From contig NZ_OZ271837.1 of NCBI RefSeq assembly GCF_965601775.1, positions 2,374,990 through 2,438,989 of the forward strand: a DNA stretch of 64,000 nucleotides, read 5' to 3'. Below are positions 24,903-34,100 of this stretch, in pieces; positions within the stretch are counted from its first letter, which is position 1, and each line of letters opens with the position of its first letter. The stretch comes from Flagellimonas sp. GTDB lineage: Bacteria > Bacteroidota > Bacteroidia > Flavobacteriales > Flavobacteriaceae. The position numbers and the translations under genes were made by a program. Under the pieces are notes generated by a model. That model ran no database searches. It saw only the letters and a list, made by a program, of their open reading frames with translations, and had not been told where the DNA came from.

Positions 24903-27405
24903 ATGCTATTCTATACTTTATCTCCTAGCTTTATTGCTCTGCGAGCCGTCACTGGCCCAGGAAACCGCTGAAAAAAGACCACTCATCACCATTTTAGAAG
25001 AGCTTCAAGGCCGCTTTGAGGTACGATTCAATTATGCCTCTGATTTGCTTGAGGAAATCACCGTAGCTATCCCTAACAAAGAATCCAGTTTGCCAGAGAT
25101 TGTCGAACAGCTGAGACAAGATACCGGTTTGGATTTTGTTTTTCTTTCCCAAAATGCCATTTCCATAAAGGCAAGAGCCACTCTTCTCTGCGGTTACGTC
25201 CGTGATAAGGACAGCAATGAACCTTTATCCTATACCACTATTCAATCCAATGGTAAAGGTACCGTGACTGATGAAGAAGGCTTTTTTGAGTTGGCTTTGC
25301 AAGGCATATCTCAAACCATAGTCATCAGGCATATTGGACATAGGACTATCCGCAGGGAAGCTCATTTGTTCGATACTTCCCAATGCGGTACCATCCATAT
25401 GGTGGCTGAACAACAAAAACTACCTGAAATCATCCTTTCCCAATACCTAATCCGTGGCATGGACAAATTGGATAATGGTGCTTTTCAACTCGATTTTGAC
25501 CAATTCTCTATCCTGCCGGGATTGGTCGAAAAGGATGTCCTGCAATCCGTGCAGGCCCTACCTGGAATTCTAAGTATTGACGAAACCGTCTCCAATATCA
25601 ATATCCGAGGTGGGAGCAATGACCAGAATCTCATACTTTGGGACAATATAAAGATGTATCAGTCTGGCCATTTTTTTGGTTTGATTTCTATGTTCAATCC
25701 CCAGATTACACAAAAAGTGGCCCTTCAGAAAAATGGTACCCCTTCCAGCTTTACTGATGGGGTATCGGGTACTATTGCGATGAGCACCGATAAGAACATC
25801 AATCCTGCTTTAAAGGGTAGTCTTGGTATCAATCTTATCGATGCCAACGGTTTTGTTGATGCACCTTTGGGTGAAAATGCCTCCGTTCAAGTTGCAGCGA
25901 GAAAAGCAATCAGTGATTTTTTTGAGACACCCACTTACTCGGAATATTTTAGTCGTATCGCTCAAGACACCGAAATTGAAGTGAACGATGCTTTGGTAAC
26001 CAACTCGGATATCGAGTTTGATTTTTATGATGCTTCCTTGCGATTTTTGTATCGCCCAAGCGATAAGGATTTCTTGCGTCTAAACTTTATACATACTGCC
26101 AATGAAGTGGTTTTTACCGAAAGTGCGGAAGTCGGAAACAATCAGGTGGAGCGGGAAAGTGGACTTGACCAGACCAGCATAGCAGCTGGCTTCTTTTACC
26201 AACGACAATGGAATGACCGTTTTAAGACGGAAATCGATATTTACAATACCGATTACAAGCTTCGGGGGATCAATGCCAATGTCCTACAGGATCAGCGTTT
26301 TTTACAGGAAAACCTAGTATCTGAAACGGGTGCTCGATTCGTGGCCCAAAACGAACTCCAAGAAAACTTCATCTTGCGCAGTGGCTATCAGTTCATTGAA
26401 ACGAAAGTGACCAATCTTGATGATGTAGACAATCCCATTTTTCGCCGGTTGGAAGGGGAGTTATTGAGGACGCATGGGGTTTTCTCTGAGCTGGATTGGT
26501 CAAGTTCCAACCGAAATACATACTTGAATGTAGGAGTGCGTTTTAACTATTTGGACAAGTTCAGAAGGCAACTTTGGGAACCCCGATTGAGCTTCAACCA
26601 TAGGTTTTTGAAGTATTTCAACCTAGAGGTTTTGGGTGAGTTTAAACATCAGAATACCTCACAAATTATTAATTTCCAAAATGATTTTTTAGGCATTGAA
26701 AGAAGGCGATGGCAACTTTCCAACGATATGGACATTCCAGTAATCCAAAGCAAACAGGGGTCTTTGGGATTGAGTTATCAAGAATCGGGTTGGCTGATTA
26801 ATACCGTAGGATTTCTTAAGGAAGTTGATGGAATAACCACCAAGAGCCAAGGCTTTTTGGATAGCTTTGAATTTGTCAGAACCTCAGGAAGATACGATGC
26901 CTTTGGTGTCGATTTTCTACTACGAAAACAATTGCAAAAATGGAATCTATGGCTAAGCTATGGGTACTTGAACAGTGGTTATGATTTTGATGAACTTCCC
27001 GAAACAGAATTCCGAAGTAATTTTGATATTACCCACTCGATAACCTCAGGAATTACCTTTTCCACATCAAAATTGAATTTGGCCATAGGTGGGAATTGGC
27101 GAACAGGAAAGCCGTTTACGCCCCCGTTGTCTAATAACGAAGTTGTTGATGGGGAGATTAATTATGGTATGGCTAACTCAAACGAATTGGACGATTTCAT
27201 ACGTCTGGATTTTTCTGCAATTTATAGCGCCAAAATCGGTAAGAAAACGAGCCTGCGAACCGGTGTTTCAATTTGGAACTTACTCAATCGTGAGAATCCC
27301 ATAAACACTTTTTTTAGGGTCAATCCGCAAAATGAAGCCCAACAAATTCTTCAGCGTTCATTAGGAATTACTCCTAATGCTAGTTTGAAGCTTTTATTTT
27401 TCTGA
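24892..27405 (+). CDS. TonB-dependent receptor with an N-terminal signalling (STN-like) domain
   Basis: N-terminal extension, GYVRDKD..EPL carboxypeptidase-like domain, plug LPGI...IRGGSNDQNLILWD, C-terminal Phe. Confidence 0.9.
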   Translation: MKNRCYSILYLLALLLCEPSLAQETAEKRPLITILEELQGRFEVRFNYASDLLEEITVAIPNKESSLPEIVEQLRQDTGLDFVFLSQNAISIKARATLLCGYVRDKDSNEPLSYTTIQSNGKGTVTDEEGFFELALQGISQTIVIRHIGHRTIRREAHLFDTSQCGTIHMVAEQQKLPEIILSQYLIRGMDKLDNGAFQLDFDQFSILPGLVEKDVLQSVQALPGILSIDETVSNINIRGGSNDQNLILWDNIKMYQSGHFFGLISMFNPQITQKVALQKNGTPSSFTDGVSGTIAMSTDKNINPALKGSLGINLIDANGFVDAPLGENASVQVAARKAISDFFETPTYSEYFSRIAQDTEIEVNDALVTNSDIEFDFYDASLRFLYRPSDKDFLRLNFIHTANEVVFTESAEVGNNQVERESGLDQTSIAAGFFYQRQWNDRFKTEIDIYNTDYKLRGINANVLQDQRFLQENLVSETGARFVAQNELQENFILRSGYQFIETKVTNLDDVDNPIFRRLEGELLRTHGVFSELDWSSSNRNTYLNVGVRFNYLDKFRRQLWEPRLSFNHRFLKYFNLEVLGEFKHQNTSQIINFQNDFLGIERRRWQLSNDMDIPVIQSKQGSLGLSYQESGWLINTVGFLKEVDGITTKSQGFLDSFEFVRTSGRYDAFGVDFLLRKQLQKWNLWLSYGYLNSGYDFDELPETEFRSNFDITHSITSGITFSTSKLNLAIGGNWRTGKPFTPPLSNNEVVDGEINYGMANSNELDDFIRLDFSAIYSAKIGKKTSLRTGVSIWNLLNRENPINTFFRVNPQNEAQQILQRSLGITPNASLKLLFF

Positions 27406-27554
27406 TTTAGATGAGGGAATCCTTTTTGATTTGTATTAGAATCCCAAAACCGTAGTATTGATTAGTTTTCTACCCTCATTTCCGATTTCTTATTCACAAC
27501 TGGTATTAGCAGAAACTATTCATTGCCGCTTTATTCTTAATTGGATTAAAATCG

Positions 27555-27595
27555 AAAAGGCTTCCTGAAGAAAGTGAACTTTCTACGGAAGCCTT
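27555..27595 (-). terminator. tRNA-Pro terminator
   Basis: AAGGCTTCC...GGAAGCCTT with an inner AGAAAG/CTTTCT stem, then TTCGATTTT on the minus strand. Confidence 0.75.
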
Positions 27596-27610
27596 CAACG
27601 CTTTAACTTG

Positions 27611-27684
27611 TCGGGATGACTGGATTCGAACCAGCGACCACACGCACCCCATGCGTGTACGCTACCAGACTGCGCCACATCCCG
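27611..27684 (-). tRNA. tRNA-Pro(GGG)
   Basis: CGGGATG/CATCCCG acceptor stem, D arm GCGCAGTCTGGTAGCGT, anticodon arm CACGC-ATGGGGT-GCGTG, T loop GGTTCGAATCC; CCA not encoded. Confidence 0.97.
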
Positions 27685-27695
27685 AAAATGGATTG

Positions 27696-27703
27696 CAAAA
27701 ATA
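27696..27703 (-). promoter_or_regulatory. -7 promoter element of tRNA-Pro
   Basis: Minus strand TATTTTTG, 11 nt before the tRNA 5' end. Confidence 0.65.
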
Positions 27704-27761
27704 TAAATTTTACCGAACTAGAAGGTCTTTTTTGAAGTCAATCCCCTTCTTCAACCCAAGT

Positions 27762-28058
27762 TTATTTTCCAGACAAAAATTCCCTGATTTCCAAACTTAA
27801 CGCCTCTCTTGCCTCAGGTGAATCATTCATAGGGTTCATAAGAAAATAGCTTACCGTTTGGTCTTGACAAAATTCTTCCAAATTCTTCCCCCCCCACAAA
27901 TAATAGCTGGTCAATACGGTGTGATAATCAATTTTGTAGGGCTTGTAGGCATCTCCAAGACCGTTGAGATAAAGATTTAAACGAAAGATGGAATAATCAA
28001 GATTTAGCGTATCATCGACTAAAAATGAAGAGATTTGGGTACTTAGGTTCTTATTCAT
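27762..28058 (-). CDS. Hypothetical protein, 98 aa
   Basis: Fills the gap between the tRNA and the SprB-like gene; A-rich leader; no family recognised. Confidence 0.55.
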   Translation of the reverse strand: MNKNLSTQISSFLVDDTLNLDYSIFRLNLYLNGLGDAYKPYKIDYHTVLTSYYLWGGKNLEEFCQDQTVSYFLMNPMNDSPEAREALSLEIREFLSGK

Positions 28059-28194
28059 TGGTTTTTTACTGCGCTTTTATCTTTGAATTTTGTTTTATCC
28101 AAAGACTAAAGAATTTAGGTCGTTCCTTTGGGTTCCCAGACATAAATCAAAGAACCCTTATTATTTTCTAAATATAGTAAAAAAGACCTTTTGA

Positions 28195-31100
28195 TTACCT
28201 AAGTAGTGTGAAATGTCCTACGAACTGCTGATTTTCTGAGTCATTTGCATTTACAACATACCAATAGTCTCCAGTCGGGAGTGGACTACCATCATAAGTT
28301 CCATCCCATTTTCTTACTTGATCCAATCGGGCCACTACCCTACCGTAGCGGTCATAGATGATGACATCGATATTGGGGAAGAACTCTCTGTTCTCCGGGT
28401 ACCAAAAATCATTCATATTGTCGCCATCCGGGGTGAAGAAGGGCGGGAAATCTGGCATGCCTTCAAAATTGAAAGGCAATACAAAGTTAGCCACACAACC
28501 ATTTTGGTCCACCACCATGATGTTTACGGTGGCATCCGCAATGATATTGAATACATTATTTTCCCCTGTAGACTCCCCTTGGAAGAAGTATTCATACCCT
28601 CCAAATCCTCCAGAGGCCGTTGCCGTAATTTCGTTAGGACCGGTTTTCATGGCTTCCAAAACCAAAGGTTCATAGGCATCAATTTCAAATTCCACGAAAG
28701 TCACACATCCGTTTTGATGATAGATGTACACTGTATGTTCACCAGGAGTTAAATCTGGGAATATACGTTGGTCCGTAGCCATTTGTATATCTTCTACATC
28801 CAAAGAGAACAGCAAATTGGGTAGCAAAGAACTATCCTGTACCGAAATGGTAGTGGTGCTATTTGGGAAGATTCCCTCACAACCGTACTCAACAATTGGT
28901 TCTGCCATAATTTCGATACCCAAATCAATATCGGCAATCACGTTGGTTTGACATCCATTGGCATCTCGGACGAAGACCACATAAGTTTCTCCTCCAGCAA
29001 GGTTGTCAAAGAACATGGTATCGTTCTGGACAAAATCGGCATCATCTGCTGAGTTAACACTTGTATAATATGGCGCAGTACCTCCGGTAACGGATAAGGT
29101 CATTGTACCATCTTCATCTCCCAAGCAGGTTTCTGGTGTCGTAGAAACCACCCCTGCCAATAGTTCCATAGGTTGTGTAATTTCAACTGTCCGGGTTATG
29201 GTACAACCTAAATCATCCTGAATGATGATATCGTAACTTCTCGGCGCCAAGTCGGTAAATGTTCTTCTATTAGGATGCACAGGGTCATCTCCTACAAAGA
29301 ATTCACTCAGGTTATCAGAAATGGAGTAACGGATAGCTCCGGTACCACCACTAGCTTCTATGATGATTTGACCATTACTATCTCCAGCACATAGTACTGG
29401 TACCGCTTCCAAGTATTCCAATACTAATGGAGGTTTAGGCTCTATGACGATAGGTGTTGAAATCGCCTCACATCCCCCACTCTGGGCATATACAAAATAG
29501 GTGCCTGGAGGTAGATTTCTAAATATTCCTGAGCTTTGAGCGGGTCTTACCGTGTTAACTGCTGTTGGATTTGGCGGGGTATTTGAATTCAACAAGGTAT
29601 ACACGTAACTTCCAATCCCTCCAAATGCTTCGGAACGTATAATTCCTGTAGCTTCTCCAGCACAGTTAATAGTTGCATTGGTCAAGTCCAAGGCAATCAC
29701 AAGTGGTGCTGCTGGGTCCAAGGATATTTGATTGGAACGTTCGAAAGGACAACCATTGGAATTCTGAACATCATATTGGAAAGGTCCAGGGTCTAGCGTA
29801 ATGTCAGCAGAGATTTCGATGCTGGTCATACCAACTCCAAAGGGAGTAAAAGGGTCAGCCGTTCCAGACCTTCTATAAAAATAATCTACACCAACTTCAG
29901 GATTGGTAACGGTGAGTTCCATTCTACCCAAATCCCCACATCCTGGTGGCTGCAATTCGACCAATTCGGCAACTACAATTTCCGGGTCTTGTACGGTAAT
30001 TGGAATTGTGGTAAAGCTACAGTTCCATCCATCAAAAATGGTTATGGTATAGTCCCCGGCAGAAAGGTTGGCAAAAGTAGGAGTCGTTTGAAGACCGCTA
30101 TTAGTCCCATCCGTAATACGATTCAGTTGATAGAGATAGTTGCCTGGTCCTTGCCCACCTGCAATATTGAATGCTTCAATGATTCCATCGTTGTCATTGT
30201 TACAACGGAGTTGTTGTACTATTTGAATATCTGCAGTAATTGGGGTCGGTAGAGGAAGGTTAATAGTATTACCGGTCTCACAACCTTCAGCATCTCTAAT
30301 ATTAACGGTATATGTTCCAGTGGATAGACCTGGGAAAACTGGATTCGTGTTTGGATAGTCAACCAAAACAGTGATTCCATCAGGTGCTATCAACTGATAC
30401 TCATATCCACCCCAACCTCCATCACCGGAAGCGGTAATCTCACCCAAACCAGGAACATTACAGGTTACTTCTCCTGTTTGAACCAAAGGAACGGTTAATG
30501 CCCTATCTGGAGACCGTACGGTAGTTACGTTACTGGTCACATCACAAAATGGAGTATCCAGTGCTTCAACTCTAACCACAAGGTTTCCTGCTGGTAGTCC
30601 CGCAATAATTTCTGGAGTGTTGATAGGAGCGTTTGTATCGAAGCTTCCCGTTACTCCAGTGGATGTTTCAACTCCAGCGCTATCCCGCGTAAATACTTCA
30701 TAGTTATATTGACCGCTATAGTTATTTACTTCTAGGCTGATTTCTCCATCATTTCCATTAAAACAGGTAACGGGTCTAACCTCCGCAATTATCGCCTCAA
30801 TATTATTGTATTCTGGCATGTTAACTGTAGAAGTAAGATAGGTACATCCTCCACTTCCAATATCCGTAACTGCAAAAATGTAGTCCCCAGGAGTGGAAAT
30901 ATCCCAAGTCACCCGATCTGTTCCTCCTGAGTTTCTAGCAGGTTCTGAACCTAGAGGCAGTATTTCAACTTCATAGTTTCCGGGACCTTCATTAATAATA
31001 ATATCGATAGTACCCGGACTCACTCCTGTACCCGAAGCATCACAAGTAATTGGGTTGACATTAAAACTAAAAGTAATATCCGTGGGTGTATTTATGGTTA

Positions 31101-34100
31101 CGGTGGATGTCTCCTCACAACCATTTTGATCTCTTGCGGTAAGAATAATGGTTTGATTAGTACCGTTGTCAATCACCTCGAACGTATTGCTGGTTTGGAA
31201 ATTCGTTCCATCAAACTGAAGGGTCCCATCATTCATGCTATAGGTATACGGCCCTGTACCTGTAGCCGTACCGGTACCGTCCCCATTAGTATCCGTAAAA
31301 ATGGTAATGGTTGCTGTACTAAATTGATTACTGGCAGGATTACAAGTAAAATCGGTATTTATAGCATTTACCTGTAATAAGGTAGGTTCCGTAATCGTAA
31401 CATCCCCTGACCTGTCCGTACATCCTCTATCCGATACAACCTCAACCTGATAAGTTCCAGGTACTAGGTTGTCGAAAATAGCTGTAGGCTGTGGACCAGC
31501 AATTATCGTCGTTGTGGACCCATCGTATAAAATATAACTTAAAGGCGTATCCGTATCACTTCCGGGCTGTAATTCTACAGCAATCGTTCCGTCTCCAGCT
31601 CCATTACAGGTCACATCAGTACTCGGGGTGGCCGTAATTATAGGAGTATTAACTGTTGAAACGTTTACAATAGCCTCATCCGTACACAAAGGTGTTGTGT
31701 TAGAGCTTAAATCGGTTACTAAAATATTATAATCCCCCGGTAACACATTGATAAAAGTGTTTGAGCTTTGAGCTGGACCAATATTGGCCAAAGTACCTGC
31801 ATCCCTTAGTTGGAATTCAAAGTTTCCACTTCCTCCGGTAGTATTGACCGTAATAGTTCCGTCACCTGCATTACAAGTAGGCAATGAAGTAGCATCAGCT
31901 GTAATGGCAAAGAAATCAAACACTTCGGCATTTACTGTTGTGGTACATCCATTACCATCCCTTATGGTGATGACATAATTGCCTGGGTTAGGAACCACGA
32001 AATTTGGACTACTTTGGAATCCACTGCCAATATCATATTGGAATGTCGTTTCCGGTGCGGGACCGGTGGTTAAAGGCGCAGTTACGTTGATTTGATACCC
32101 ACTCGTAGCCGTACACTGATTAATTACATCAATTGTAGGAGTTGGAATACCAGGGTCCTGATCAACGGTTGCGGTGGTAAAAGCAGTACATCCGTTAGCA
32201 TCCCTTACATAAAAATCGTAATCTGTAGGATAGGGTGCACCTATTTCAAAAGTGGTATCCGTCGTAAAAGTGGATGGAGCTGGGTCTCCCGTAGGAACGT
32301 ATGCAAATTCATAAGGACCAGTGCTTCCAAATCCTCTTACCGTTACAAAAGCACCTGCATTACAAGTAGCATTCACATTGCTATCAATCGCGATATTAGG
32401 ATTGCTTATTCCAATAAAAACCAAGGTACTGGCACTACAACCCGAAATATCATCTGTAACGATAATTTGATAGTTGCCTGGTGCCAACCCGGTAAACGTA
32501 TCAGCATAAGGAACCGGTTCGTTCGTCAATGAATTTGTAGAAAGGGTTGCTCCGGTATCCGTATTTTCTAAAGTGATAGTAAAATCTCCTGGACTCGGAG
32601 TAATACCATCAACCGTATAGTCAATAGTTCCGTTCCCCGATGTTCCACAAGAAATTGTGTTTGCTGTCGCCGTTACAGTTACTGGATTTGTAGCGGCTAT
32701 TGGGTCAATACGTTCAATGTAAGTACATCCTAGGGCATCTACTACCTCAACAAAATAAGTAACTCCAAAGGTCACAAGACCGGTAACATCAAAAATATCA
32801 TTACCAGGTCCTGTTCCCGGCTGAAATACTGGGTCACCTACTAATCTGAATTGGTATGGAGCGGTTCCCCCTGTGGCCTGTACCCGATACGTAAATGCTG
32901 AGCCAGAACAAACCGGTGGAGGTGTATCTAAAGGAATTAAATCCAATTGATTTTGGTCGATAATAAAATCATCCCGGTCTTCACAACCTTGGGAATCTCG
33001 AGTAACCACAGTATAATTCCCTAAATCCAAGTTGGGGAAATTTACAGTAGTACTGGCAGTTCCAGTTGAAGCGGCAATCAGGGTTCCGGAACCATCATAT
33101 AACTCATAATCGAAAGGTCCGACCCCGTTGTTAATTGTAGTAGAAACAGAACCCAGCACACTTCCCGCAGAACAAACTGCATTGGTCGGTGTTGCCGTAG
33201 CATCCAAAGGAGAACTATTACCTATTGTAACGTCATATACGGGGCTTACACACCCTCTACTATCGCGTATTACAAATCCCGTTTGCAATCCAGGTCCGTA
33301 TCCCGAAAAGATATTTTGAGTACTGAAAGTGACTCCACCATCGTTACTGTATTCGTATGGAGGTACACCTTGAGTTGTATCCGGAATCAACTCCACGATA
33401 CCACTTGTCAAATCACCACACTGCGTATCTGTTCCGACCACGGAACCAGCAATGGTTTCGGGCGGTGTTATGGTTACCACATTGGTTTCGGTGGTACATC
33501 CTTGGCTATCCGTAACTAAAAATTGATACGTTGTGTCTGAAGTTATGGAACCGTCATTGGGAATACTGTAAATAAAGGAATTCCCAGTTATATTATTGCT
33601 ATCGGATGTATAGGGGGCACCATTAATGCTTACTTCATAAATATCGTAATCACCACCGGAAGTGTATCCATTGCTGATATCCACTTGTATTTGAGCTGGG
33701 GGACCAGCACAGTCCAATTCCTGAATTATACTCGCATTGGCCACTACCTGAGGTTCGATTGTTCGAGTTACAGTATCCCGACAATCATTAGCGTCAACAA
33801 CTTCAATGGTATACGTCCCAGGAGTTAGTCCATTAAACGTGTTGCTAGCCCCTAATGGACCTCCATTGATTCTGTATTGATACGGTGCAGCTCCCAACGA
33901 TGCGGTAACCACCAAAGTAGCCGCATTAAAGTTGTCATAACATAAATCGGATGAACCTAAATCCAAAGTTAAGGTGGGTGCATCCAATCGGGTTAACGTA
34001 AAACTGTCGGTAACGGTACACCCGTTGGCATCTGTCACACTTACTTGATATAGACCATCTTGGGAAAGATTAGAAAATACTGATCCATTTTTTGGTCCTC

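Larger units (their letters stand above)
21252..27620. mobile_element. Integrase-less genomic islet at the tRNA-Pro(GGG) 3' end
   Basis: Bounded by direct repeats of the tRNA 3' end plus terminator; five-gene cargo; no recombinase ORF inside. Confidence 0.65.
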
